Below are positions 55,710 to 64,000 of a stretch of DNA of 64,000 bases, piece after piece. The stretch is from positions 32,001 to 96,000 of the IMG/VR virus record IMGVR_UViG_3300025936_000016; one strand, written 5' to 3'. The stretch comes from a virus (taxonomy: Duplodnaviria; Caudoviricetes). Every line of letters begins with the position of its first letter. Within the stretch, counting starts at the first letter, position 1. The position numbers were made by a program, and so were the translations under genes. The notes beneath the pieces were generated by a model that was not told where the DNA came from, did not search any database, and worked only from the letters and a program-made list of their open reading frames with translations.

Positions 55710-56162
55710 ATGAGCATCACTCGCAGCCGCATCATGGTCCGGGCCCGCTACGGCTGGCCCCAGGGCACTGTGCCCTTTGATCGGACCGCCCTTCATCAGC
55801 CGGATGGTTACCGACAGGATGCGGCTGGCTACGTGAGCATGTGCTGGGACATCCCGCTGGATGCTCCCCACTCCTGGGGCGGGATGACGACCCTGACCCT
55901 GGACTCGGACGGCTGGGCCATTGAGATCCCACCCATCGAGCTGAAGCCAGGCGACGCGCTCGGCTACCTGGGCCCAGGCTCAGTGGGTCCGGACGGGGGA
56001 GTGGCTGTGATCTTCGAGTCCTGGCTCAACGACGACTACATGACCAACTACCTCATGTGCTGGGAGCAGCTACCTGAGGGCTCTCCGGGGCCCATACGGC
56101 GAGCACGGCCCTTCCACGGGCCCACCTGGCACTGCTACCGCCGCCGGGACGTAGAGGACTGA
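55710..56162 (+). CDS. NlpC/P60-like protein, catalytic Cys replaced
   Basis: DGYRQDAAGYVSMCW (family DCSG), LKPGDAL, F..W. Confidence 0.65.
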   Translation: MSITRSRIMVRARYGWPQGTVPFDRTALHQPDGYRQDAAGYVSMCWDIPLDAPHSWGGMTTLTLDSDGWAIEIPPIELKPGDALGYLGPGSVGPDGGVAVIFESWLNDDYMTNYLMCWEQLPEGSPGPIRRARPFHGPTWHCYRRRDVED

Positions 56163-56548
56163 TGGCGGGCTCCAGGCGCACCTTCAGCTACCGTCTCCTG
56201 CCAGCCGGCGAGGACGTAGGGAAGACGGCCGCGCGGGCCCGCAAGATCCTGGCCTGGGCCTGCGACGGAGACAATAGGATCGAGTGTCATGGGGTCACCG
56301 GCGAGGCCGTGGGCGTCGTGACCATGAACCTAACGATCGTTAATCGGGACCAGTGGGCATGTCGACAGTTAGCCCAGAACATCCTGAACTACGTGACCTG
56401 GGGCCTAGCCAATCCAATGGAGCTGGACCTGACCTCAGACCGGCAGCCGGTCCACATGAACCGGGGCTACGGCCACGGCCGGACCAAGAGATACAACGAG
56501 CCCCGACCCAAGGTTTCCCCTGAGCCGGGGCCTGGTACCAGCGCCTAG
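56162..56548 (+). CDS. hypothetical protein
   Basis: Coupled start (TGATG). Confidence 0.6.
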   Translation: MAGSRRTFSYRLLPAGEDVGKTAARARKILAWACDGDNRIECHGVTGEAVGVVTMNLTIVNRDQWACRQLAQNILNYVTWGLANPMELDLTSDRQPVHMNRGYGHGRTKRYNEPRPKVSPEPGPGTSA

Positions 56549-56796
56549 GCGATGTCGAACTTGCCATCCTTGGTGTCAGCCACGAAAGCAGCCCACTCGG
56601 GGCCCGCGAACCTCAAGATCGGGCCAGCCTCCTTGTCCTTGGTGTCACGCACCAGGACCTCACCGTCACCCATGAAGGCGACCTCGACGCAGTTGTCCGT
56701 GTACGGACCCGAGCGCGTGCTCTTGCGCCAGAAGACCTCAACGCAAGCACCAGTGTCAGTGCTGTAGCTGCTCTTGCGCCAGGCGTCGGTTTCCAT
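56545..56796 (-). CDS. DUF397 protein with duplicated motif
   Basis: WRKSSYS....CVEV, WRKSTRS....NCVEV...VRDTK...GP.L.F...EW.AFV. Confidence 0.88.
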   Translation of the reverse strand: METDAWRKSSYSTDTGACVEVFWRKSTRSGPYTDNCVEVAFMGDGEVLVRDTKDKEAGPILRFAGPEWAAFVADTKDGKFDIA

Positions 56797-56807
56797 GATC
56801 AATCCTC

Positions 56808-57065
56808 TCAGGCGAGGTCGAACTCGCCGTCCTTGGCTCCGTTCACGAAAGCATCCCATTCGGGACCGGTGAACTTCAGAACCGGACCGTCTGGATCCTT
56901 GGAGTCACGCACCCAGATCTCGTCGCCGTCGAGCTTGACCTGCACGCAGGCGCCGTTGGTGTTGCTGCGGGTGCTCTTGGTCCAAGCGACCTGGACGCAG
57001 TTGCCGCCCTGACTGCCGGATCTACTGCTCGTGATCCAGTCGATGATCCACTCGACCTCTGACAT
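56808..57065 (-). CDS. DUF397 protein with duplicated motif
   Basis: WITSSRS...NCVQV, WTKSTRS...CVQV...VRDSKDPDGPVL.F...EW.AF. Confidence 0.88.
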   Translation of the reverse strand: MSEVEWIIDWITSSRSGSQGGNCVQVAWTKSTRSNTNGACVQVKLDGDEIWVRDSKDPDGPVLKFTGPEWDAFVNGAKDGEFDLA

Positions 57066-57077
57066 TGCCTTTCCCTT

Positions 57078-57869
57078 CTACTGGCAGCCGAGGCTGGCGC
57101 CATGGTTGGCCATGAATGGCACTGGGTCCACCTTGCCATTCCAGAGCCCACCAGTATGGACCTCGAAGTGTAGGTGTGGCCCCTGGGCGTCGCCCGTAGC
57201 TCCGACGTACCCGATGACCTGGCCAGCATTCACCCAGCCCGACTTGACCACGAAGCTCGACTGGTGCATGTATACCGTCCAGACTCCGTTGCCATGATTG
57301 ATCATCGTGTAGTTGCCGGCGCCGCCAGACTGCCAACCCACAGAGACGGTGCCTCCGGTTGCTGCCCGGATGGCTGTGCCGTAGCCGGCAGCCAGGTCTA
57401 CGCCCTCATGCATCCTGCCCCAGCGCCAGCCATAGCCGGACACCACACAGGCACTGACTGGAGGTACCCAGCCAGTGCTGACCACTGCCGCCTGGACCGG
57501 CGCAGGAGGTGCCGTCGAGACATTGCCCGAGGCGCAGTTGATTACCAGACGCTGCCCTGGGTAGATCAGATTCGGGTTGCCACCCACGACGGACCGGTTG
57601 TCGTTGTAGATGCCAATCCAGGCGCCGTTGCCGCAGTGCCTGGAGGCCAGTCCGCTGAGGGTGTCACCGGATACAACAGTGACAGTGACCGTGGCGGATG
57701 CGGCCAGTTCTGTCGAGGCCTCGAAGTTCCTGAGGCTGGACTTGACCGTGTTCGCCACGGCCAGTCCGGTACTCGACTCAGCCGTCTTTGCATGAGCTGG
57801 TACCTGAAGTCCCAGGACCAGGGAGCCCGCCAGCGCGAGCGCCAGAAGGGCCTTGCCTTGCTTGAGCAT
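57078..57869 (-). CDS. secreted LysM + M23 peptidase (lysin candidate)
   Basis: Signal peptide; V.SGDTLS..A...IY..N...NPNLIYPGQ; HEGVD, YMH, GPHLHFE. Confidence 0.92.
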   Translation of the reverse strand: MLKQGKALLALALAGSLVLGLQVPAHAKTAESSTGLAVANTVKSSLRNFEASTELAASATVTVTVVSGDTLSGLASRHCGNGAWIGIYNDNRSVVGGNPNLIYPGQRLVINCASGNVSTAPPAPVQAAVVSTGWVPPVSACVVSGYGWRWGRMHEGVDLAAGYGTAIRAATGGTVSVGWQSGGAGNYTMINHGNGVWTVYMHQSSFVVKSGWVNAGQVIGYVGATGDAQGPHLHFEVHTGGLWNGKVDPVPFMANHGASLGCQ

Positions 57870-57897
57870 GTGCGGTGTTCTCCTTACCCAGCTGGAG

Positions 57898-58095
57898 TCA
57901 GTCGACAGTCGACTGGTCTCCTCCGGCTGGACGATTAGTCCCCGCGTGTTCAAGTTTGATGAGCAGCCGTTCGCCCATTCGATGGGAGTACTTATAGGTG
58001 AAGTGGCAGATAAAGACCCATAGCCCGATCATCTGGAAGCAGCACCAGGCCACAAGGGTCATCGTGCCAAGCTCACTGAGTATGTGAAGATTCAT
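57898..58095 (-). CDS. small membrane protein
   Basis: One hydrophobic stretch; lies just upstream of the peptidase gene. Confidence 0.45.
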   Translation of the reverse strand: MNLHILSELGTMTLVAWCCFQMIGLWVFICHFTYKYSHRMGERLLIKLEHAGTNRPAGGDQSTVD

Positions 58096-58705
58096 CTTCT
58101 TGGCTCACAGGAATGATGGGTATGTCATAGGTGAGTTCCCGGGGCGAATGAGCTTCCCTCGGATCAATCACATCAGCAGCCTGGCTCCAGATGATGCGGT
58201 TGTAGGAATCCCGCACCCAGCGCGCATCGTCCAAGGCGTGATGCACCTGGCCCTTCTCTGGCGGCAGCACCACGAGTGGGTGTTGTTCGTGCAGCTGCTT
58301 CAGGTCGTGAGTGAACATGGGAATACCGGGCGGCAGCTCGCCCATGGAGCCAAACAGCTGACACAACACCACGTGGTCATATGCACCGTAGTAGGCCCAC
58401 AGCTCCACGTCTTCAGTGTCGAAGAAGAACCGGCGCACGTACTCAATGAGTAGGTCCAGAGCTAGGACGTTGCCGTACTCACCATGTTCCTTGTCCCAGC
58501 CGTAGATGAAGGTCTGGTCCACGCCGATGGGCAATGAGGGGGCCACGTTCACCGACAGCCACGGGTGCTTCATGACGTTGGACAAGCACTCTTCGTTAAT
58601 GGCATATAGCTCTATGCCATCCTCACGAACCATGCCAATAGACACCAGTTGTATTGGCAGATCTCGGCCACGTTCGACGAACTCGCAGTCGTAGAACACA
58701 CGCAC
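58073..58705 (-). CDS. 3'-5' exoribonuclease (Rv2179c-like DEDDh)
   Basis: FYDCEF.E, LVSIG.V, WA.Y.AYDHV.LCQL.G.M..LP, HHAL.DARW. Confidence 0.88.
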   Translation of the reverse strand: MRVFYDCEFVERGRDLPIQLVSIGMVREDGIELYAINEECLSNVMKHPWLSVNVAPSLPIGVDQTFIYGWDKEHGEYGNVLALDLLIEYVRRFFFDTEDVELWAYYGAYDHVVLCQLFGSMGELPPGIPMFTHDLKQLHEQHPLVVLPPEKGQVHHALDDARWVRDSYNRIIWSQAADVIDPREAHSPRELTYDIPIIPVSQEDESSHTQ

Positions 58706-58735
58706 TGTCTCTACCTCTTCGATGTAGGGAGCGAC

Positions 58736-59245
58736 CTAGGCCACCAGGGCATAGGCCATAGCGGCCCGGCACCTCTCGCAGGGCATCTCACCACGATAGT
58801 GATGCAGCCAGAACATGGTGCTGGTACCACAGCCAGGGCCATGCAGCTTGACCACTTCCTTGACATCCTCGACGGTGAACCAAGCCCTGCCCCCTACGTA
58901 CTTGGCTGCAGGCAACAGCTTGTTCATCAGCCACCGACGCACTGTACTGGGGGCTACGCCCGTATAGGCAGAGACCATGTGGACGTCCATCAGGTCATCG
59001 CCCGGAGGCTCTTGGAACTTACCCCTATGGTCCCACCAGCCGCCTCCAGCGATGATCCAGGTGCCCTTAATGTCCCGGCGACAGGACTCGCTCACGGGGC
59101 AAACATTGCGGCAGACCAGAATGGCCTTGGCCCCATCGCCCTCCGGTACGGCCATGTTCAATGTCGCCCAGGCATCTGGGCCAAGCTCAGGGTGGTTTCG
59201 ACAGGGGGCCTGCTCCCGCCACTGGGGGTCATACACGCCCCTCAT
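58736..59245 (-). CDS. WhiB-like Fe-S domain fused to an HTH domain
   Basis: W...A.C, A...C...CPV...C, IAGG; then GV...TVRRW HTH and C-terminal CxxC. Confidence 0.65.
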   Translation of the reverse strand: MRGVYDPQWREQAPCRNHPELGPDAWATLNMAVPEGDGAKAILVCRNVCPVSESCRRDIKGTWIIAGGGWWDHRGKFQEPPGDDLMDVHMVSAYTGVAPSTVRRWLMNKLLPAAKYVGGRAWFTVEDVKEVVKLHGPGCGTSTMFWLHHYRGEMPCERCRAAMAYALVA

Positions 59246-59335
59246 CCTCCAATTTCCATGGGCCACAAGGGCCGCTCGACAAGCTCACAACCTGGGTGCC
59301 GGAGTTGACTTAACGTCGAGCGACCCTCGTGGGAT

Positions 59336-59782
59336 CTAACGGAGCGAGCCCAGGATCGGCTGCGCTGGCGGTGGCGCCTGACGTGGCATGGACTCCGCCA
59401 CGTTGTAGGCGATCTGGGCGCAGGCCCGGTGGGCCAGGCCGCCGAAGCCCAGGGTCTTGTTCGAGATCTGGCGGTGGACCTCCATCGCCGACGCGCGGTG
59501 CGTCTCCTGGACCATGACCGTGATGTCGGCCAGAAGCTCCAGGGCACACTCCCGGGCCGCCGTCCGGGCCACCCGGTCCACGGTCCGCTCGATCCGGCCC
59601 ATCATGTCGCTGATGGCAGACCGACTGAGCCCAGCTCGGGCCAGTTCACCACCGATCATGGCGTAGTCGGCCGACGTCAGGATCTGGCCACTGACGACTT
59701 GGCCCTGCTGCGGGCTCGGGGGTGGAACGGTGTGAGTGTTCGGAATGTGGCCACCGCCGCCCGCTACCTGGACTGTGGTCAT
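59336..59782 (-). CDS. hypothetical protein
   Basis: GGAG RBS, overlapping start/stop. Confidence 0.6.
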   Translation of the reverse strand: MTTVQVAGGGGHIPNTHTVPPPSPQQGQVVSGQILTSADYAMIGGELARAGLSRSAISDMMGRIERTVDRVARTAARECALELLADITVMVQETHRASAMEVHRQISNKTLGFGGLAHRACAQIAYNVAESMPRQAPPPAQPILGSLR

Positions 59783-60033
59783 GAGACTGCTCCAGTCCTG
59801 GCGTCAGCGAGGCGCTCGAAGGGGGCGAAGTCTCTGGGCCCCTCCTGGTCGTCGTCGTTGGTCTGGTCCTCTGTGGACACGTGGCCCTCAGCCAGGGTGT
59901 ACACCTTGGTCAACAGCTCGTCGGCCAGGACCACGGCCTTGTCAACCAGCTGGTACTTCTGCACCAGACGGATGGCAACATAGGCGCCTGCACCCACGAG
60001 GCCGGCCCGCACAGCGAACTTGACGATAGTCAT
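59779..60033 (-). CDS. small membrane-anchored protein
   Basis: N-terminal hydrophobic segment. Confidence 0.6.
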   Translation of the reverse strand: MTIVKFAVRAGLVGAGAYVAIRLVQKYQLVDKAVVLADELLTKVYTLAEGHVSTEDQTNDDDQEGPRDFAPFERLADARTGAVS

Positions 60034-60078
60034 TTCTCAATCTCCGTGTTCTTGTTGGTGTCGCCGGAATGGGCGACG

Positions 60079-60495
60079 TCAGTCGGCCACCATGCGAACG
60101 ACATCTGCCTGTTCGCGCTGGCGCCGAAGTTCATAGGTGCCGGGAGCGATACCGGCGTAGGAGTGCTCCGGGTGGGCCAGGTAGGCCACTGAGCCCTCAG
60201 GCACGAACAGCCTTCCCAGCACCAGGGGGGAGTTGGTCCAGATCCTCGGGACGTAGTACACCGGGCCCTGGGCAAGGAGCATATGGGTGTTGCCACCAGC
60301 CTCGCCCCGGATCACGGCCACGCCGTCCTGTGGGACAGGGGCGGGCTCGGTCGCGGCCCATTCGATTGGGTCTGGGACCACAGCCACATCACCCTGGAAC
60401 TGGAGCCCGCCCAGGACCGGGATCTCGACCTGACGGTCCAGGTGCGGGTCCACCTCGATCTGGAACTCGGCGATGGCCTCTTCGACAGTGAGCAT
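60079..60495 (-). CDS. conserved hypothetical protein (QGDV..GE..GNTH..HPEH), partner of the DUF6745-like gene
   Basis: GAGGAG RBS; motifs. Confidence 0.75.
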   Translation of the reverse strand: MLTVEEAIAEFQIEVDPHLDRQVEIPVLGGLQFQGDVAVVPDPIEWAATEPAPVPQDGVAVIRGEAGGNTHMLLAQGPVYYVPRIWTNSPLVLGRLFVPEGSVAYLAHPEHSYAGIAPGTYELRRQREQADVVRMVAD

Positions 60496-60504
60496 GTTCT
60501 CTCC

Positions 60505-61734
60505 TCAGGAACGGCGTTGTGCTTGGGCGTATTGTTCTGCGGTCAGACCGTAGGTCCAGGCCGCAGCCTCCACGGGGGTGAAGATGTTGGCCGGGACGGT
60601 GAGGCCGAACCGGCGTCTGGTCCCGTCACGTTCAACGGTCCCGTTGTCACAGACCAAGACGTTGATTTCTGTGTCATAGAACTGGGCGGGAACCGAGTAG
60701 AGCGTCAGTTCGTGGCCAGGGTTACCTGGGTCGGGGACACTAGGGCCTATCGGCCCTAGGTTGGCTTCCTTGATGAGCCAGCCCCAGCCCATTCTTTCGA
60801 CGGCACAGCGACGGACCTCGACGTTGGGTAGCTTGAGAACCTCCATCGCCGTGAGCGTGCCCTCGATCAACCTCTGAGGTACGTGGACGCCGTGCCAGTA
60901 CCAGAGCTTGAAATGATCGGCCCAGGCCACGGCCGGTCCAGTCTCACAGTGCAGGCGACCCCCATCGTCGAACTGCATGAAGGTTGGTCGTTGGGTCATG
61001 ACTGCCACTCCCTCCAGTGGCCACCAAAAAGCAGTTGATTGGGCCACCTTGGCCAGGCCGATTGTTTTTTGGTCCACTAGTCGGATTTCTCCGGCACCCC
61101 GGACGTTGGTGGTCCAGAACTCATGGCCTATCAGCCAGGCCACATCAAATTGACCCATGAGCATTGACCCCACGACGGTATTTACGCCCAAATGGCTGTC
61201 CGGAACGTAAAAGGACCTGAGGGCCGTCTCTATCGACATGTCCATCATCATTCGTCGGCCAATGGCGTTCAAGGCACTGAAGACCTGAAGCCCGACTTGA
61301 TTAAATGGCTGATCGATGAGGTCCACACCGTTGGGTGTTGCCCGAAATTCGCCAGAGCCTGATGGATCAATGCGATGCCTGGGAAGGAGGAGGAAGGGGC
61401 CTGGTCGCCTCAACCATCTCACTGCCATTTCTGCTGAATGCTGAATATCAAACAGCTCTGGGCCAGAGTTGAGGATGTCAGGGTTTCTAAGGAGGGTGTT
61501 GTAAACCTCCATGTGCCGACTGCTGCTTGCCTCACTACAGAGCTGGAGCACGGCAAAGAGCCCGGCCAAAGGAGAAGGCAGCCAGATGATCTGCGGTGCC
61601 GGCAGGCCCAGGCCCTGGTAAACGTCATGGACGCCAGCTTCGGCTAGTCCCTGGTCCGAAGGCCCCGTGCGCCTGGCGTACGCCAGCCACTTGGCAGTGA
61701 TTACCTGTGCGCGGTCCGGTACAGGGTCGCTCAT
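60505..61734 (-). CDS. DUF6745-like protein
   Basis: GRLH...GPA..W.D....Y.WHGV.VP, N.E.RR...ERMGW, L.VP.......A.AWT.G. Confidence 0.75.
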   Translation of the reverse strand: MSDPVPDRAQVITAKWLAYARRTGPSDQGLAEAGVHDVYQGLGLPAPQIIWLPSPLAGLFAVLQLCSEASSSRHMEVYNTLLRNPDILNSGPELFDIQHSAEMAVRWLRRPGPFLLLPRHRIDPSGSGEFRATPNGVDLIDQPFNQVGLQVFSALNAIGRRMMMDMSIETALRSFYVPDSHLGVNTVVGSMLMGQFDVAWLIGHEFWTTNVRGAGEIRLVDQKTIGLAKVAQSTAFWWPLEGVAVMTQRPTFMQFDDGGRLHCETGPAVAWADHFKLWYWHGVHVPQRLIEGTLTAMEVLKLPNVEVRRCAVERMGWGWLIKEANLGPIGPSVPDPGNPGHELTLYSVPAQFYDTEINVLVCDNGTVERDGTRRRFGLTVPANIFTPVEAAAWTYGLTAEQYAQAQRRS

Positions 61735-61904
61735 GGCTTCTTCCTTGACCAAATCTGCCGCATTCGCTTCTGCGCATTCAGCACTGGATCCATGTCGACC
61801 AGGCGCTGTCGCACACCAGCCAGGAGCTGCCTCATCTCGGCCAACTCTTCCTCAAGCGCCTCGATGCGATTCTCGTGGTTCTCGGCCGTCTGCCATATGT
61901 CCAT
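61731..61904 (-). CDS. small coiled-coil protein (not in the ORF track)
   Basis: MDIWQTAENHENRIEALEEELAEMRQLL...; ATGA overlap with the next gene. Confidence 0.55.
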   Translation of the reverse strand: MDIWQTAENHENRIEALEEELAEMRQLLAGVRQRLVDMDPVLNAQKRMRQIWSRKKP

Positions 61905-61907
61905 GGC

Positions 61908-62567
61908 TCAGACCGCAGGAGTGTTGCCCAGGATGCCAGCGATCTGGGCACGAAACTCGGGGGTCCAGCCATCGATCATGGCTTGAGCCAGGCGACGGTT
62001 GGCGGCCTTAGCAGCCATCTCTGCGTCAGCATTCTTGGCAGCCACTTCTGCCCGGGTCAGGCCATCGCGATTGAGACCACGTCGGTTGAACCCGTCCCGG
62101 TCCCGACCGTCGCTGTTGTATCCCTCCCTATTGAATCCGTCCTTGCCCCAGCCGCCCTGGTCGAACCCGTCGCTGTCGTAGCCGTCCTCGTTGAACCCGT
62201 CGCAGTCGTAGCCGTCACTGTCGCGGAAGATCTCATCGTCCGGCGCCCAGCTCAGGACCTCGGCCAGAGCTTCCTCGGCCTCACCGCACCAGCCGTTTTC
62301 CCGGATCTGGCGCACAGTCACATCGACGATGTAATTGCGAACGTTCTCAGGGATCTCGAACGAAGGGGGCTCATCAGGCAGGGGCCCGAAGATGGCCTTC
62401 AGGACCATGTCGACATTGCCGGTGTCGACACGAGCCCCGCTGGCCCACTGATAGGCCCGGCTGCGGATGAGGGGCGCAAAGGCCTTGAGATCCTCTTTGG
62501 TCGCCTCGGTCTCGGTCCGAGCGGCGGCCCGAAGTGCTTCAGCCTGGGCGCTGGTGGCAGTGGTCAT
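61908..62567 (-). CDS. hypothetical protein with G[YF][DN]xxG pentapeptide repeats
   Basis: DSDGYDCDGFNEDGYDSDGFDQGG... Confidence 0.72.
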   Translation of the reverse strand: MTTATSAQAEALRAAARTETEATKEDLKAFAPLIRSRAYQWASGARVDTGNVDMVLKAIFGPLPDEPPSFEIPENVRNYIVDVTVRQIRENGWCGEAEEALAEVLSWAPDDEIFRDSDGYDCDGFNEDGYDSDGFDQGGWGKDGFNREGYNSDGRDRDGFNRRGLNRDGLTRAEVAAKNADAEMAAKAANRRLAQAMIDGWTPEFRAQIAGILGNTPAV

Positions 62568-62620
62568 GGTCGCAGTCCCTTCAGGTGGTTGGGGTGCCCT
62601 TCACCCCTACGTACCCCTAA

Positions 62621-62650
62621 AGCCTGCCGGACCGAGACCCCCGCTGTCAA
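62621..62650 (-). promoter_or_regulatory. putative promoter
   Basis: TTGACA-N18-CAGGCT upstream of 62567. Confidence 0.5.
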
Positions 62651-62815
62651 CCCCCTAGTGCATTGTCCATTTTGTCAGGATGACAGTCATTGACGTGGAA
62701 CCCTAGCAGGGCCATGGCACCGGGCCAAGTGGCTGATGATCCTCCGTCATAACACATGCCGCATGAGACCATCCACCGCTCCGACACCCTATAGATCTTG
62801 TGTCGTTGGGCCTGC

Positions 62816-63427
62816 CTACGCAGTAGTACTGGGAGTTCCGTACCCAGCCGCATGGAGGAGCCTCACCATCTGATCCAGGGTCGTCACCCGGTACCAGGCC
62901 TCGGGCTTGTCCTTCGTTCCCGGGGGCCTCAGGGTCAACACCAGTACCTCGGCCGGTGCGAGCTTGGACCGGGCCGCAGCGTTCAGGGACCAGCGCAAAG
63001 TGGCTGCTGTGTAGTGGGTCTCAGGTCCGTCGACAATGAAAGGGCCAACGACCTGGTTAAGATGGAACTGTTGGTACACAGCATTGTCCACAAGGGACTT
63101 GAGCTTGGTAAAGTCCTCCTGGACCATGACGGCATACCAGGAAGCAACACTGACCACGCCCATACCCAATGGCTTCACGATCAGGATGCCGTGGTCCGCG
63201 CCAGCGTTCAGGCGCTCGATACCAGTCTCTGTGAGCCAGGGGCCAATCTTCATGCCGGCGTTGGCCCACTTGACTTCCATAGCCAGGCCTGGGATGCCAG
63301 TAACATCGCCTCGGTCCAATGCCCCATTGAGCGAACGGCGCTCGGCATGGGGCCAACCGTTGTCTCTGAGATAGGTCACTACAGCCGACTCAGCAACAGT
63401 GCCCTTCGCTCGGGGGCGATTGACCAT
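62816..63427 (-). CDS. Holliday junction resolvase-like PD-(D/E)xK nuclease
   Basis: KGT.AE..V..YL...G...AERR...G..D.GD..G.....EVK. Confidence 0.78.
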   Translation of the reverse strand: MVNRPRAKGTVAESAVVTYLRDNGWPHAERRSLNGALDRGDVTGIPGLAMEVKWANAGMKIGPWLTETGIERLNAGADHGILIVKPLGMGVVSVASWYAVMVQEDFTKLKSLVDNAVYQQFHLNQVVGPFIVDGPETHYTAATLRWSLNAAARSKLAPAEVLVLTLRPPGTKDKPEAWYRVTTLDQMVRLLHAAGYGTPSTTA

Positions 63428-63432
63428 GGCGC

Positions 63433-63801
63433 TCAGGCCTCAAAAGTGTTCCGCATGGCCCGGGTCTGATACTGACGCCAAAGGTCTGGGCGCTCCTGGC
63501 GCAGCCACTGAGTGTCCAGTTCCTTCTTCACGACCTCACGGGTGTAGAGCCGTGCCATATCTGGATAGTCCTTCTTGAACTCTGCTCCCTGGAACTGTTC
63601 CTTAGGCTCGTAGAACAAGACCTCTTCCCCGTTGACGGTACCCACGGTGAAGTCGCCCAGGATCTCAACGAACTCAGCCTTGATGCTGTCCAGGCGCTTC
63701 TTCCAGAACTCGATCATTCGCTGGGCTTCCTTATAGTCAGCCAGCCTGTCCACATGCCGGTCAATCGGCATGGACTTCGAGACTCGGACAACATCGGTCA
63801 T
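63433..63801 (-). CDS. hypothetical protein (resembles YqaJ C-terminal helical region)
   Basis: GGAGG RBS; FKKDYPD / LRQERPDLW repeats. Confidence 0.6.
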   Translation of the reverse strand: MTDVVRVSKSMPIDRHVDRLADYKEAQRMIEFWKKRLDSIKAEFVEILGDFTVGTVNGEEVLFYEPKEQFQGAEFKKDYPDMARLYTREVVKKELDTQWLRQERPDLWRQYQTRAMRNTFEA

Positions 63802-64000
63802 GATGACCCTCCATCGGGCAGGTCGAACAGGGGTGAATCCTCGGCCATTGGCGTGGACTTCGGGAGCCTGGCCCGGGGTGAGCCCACACACTTCTCGCAA
63901 AGGGAAACTGTCATGGCGCGACCGTCCTGAGCTGTGCCATCGAAGCAGTGCCAGCCACGGGCACGCGCTATTGAAATGATCAGGACCCGGGGTCCCGGAT

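Noticed and set aside
17290-56548. Genome-wide amber recoding
   Set aside because: Genes are full length in the standard code and TAG acts as a normal stop followed by new RBS/start signals.

Overview
GC-rich segment of a large tailed phage of a filamentous actinomycete. The host assignment is inferred from DUF397, WhiB-like, ricin-lectin and LysM-M23 genes. Bases 1-13.5 kb (minus strand) hold a tRNA operon of about 33 intact and 3 aberrant tRNAs, including Ile-UAU and an amber CUA tRNA. It is interleaved with small ORFs, an HNH nuclease, a ceramidase-like hydrolase, a vWA protein, several unassigned structured RNAs and two non-coding arrays of a ~43-44 bp unit (CTGGGCCCAG-N11/12-TGRR-N~14-TGA). 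Bases 13.7-16 kb carry a Ro60/TROVE gene preceded by four tandem Y RNA genes with their own promoter and terminator. Bases 17.3-50.5 kb (plus strand) are the virion module: portal, MuF-like protein, two protease-like genes, a 4428-aa polyvalent protein, capsid hexamer and pentamer proteins and tail genes. A glycosyltransferase cluster follows at 50.5-55.7 kb. Bases 56.5-64 kb (minus strand) hold DUF397 genes, a LysM-M23 peptidase, an exoribonuclease, a WhiB-like protein and a resolvase. No terminase, integrase or cas gene was recognised. All calls are from manual reading of the sequence; no searches were run.
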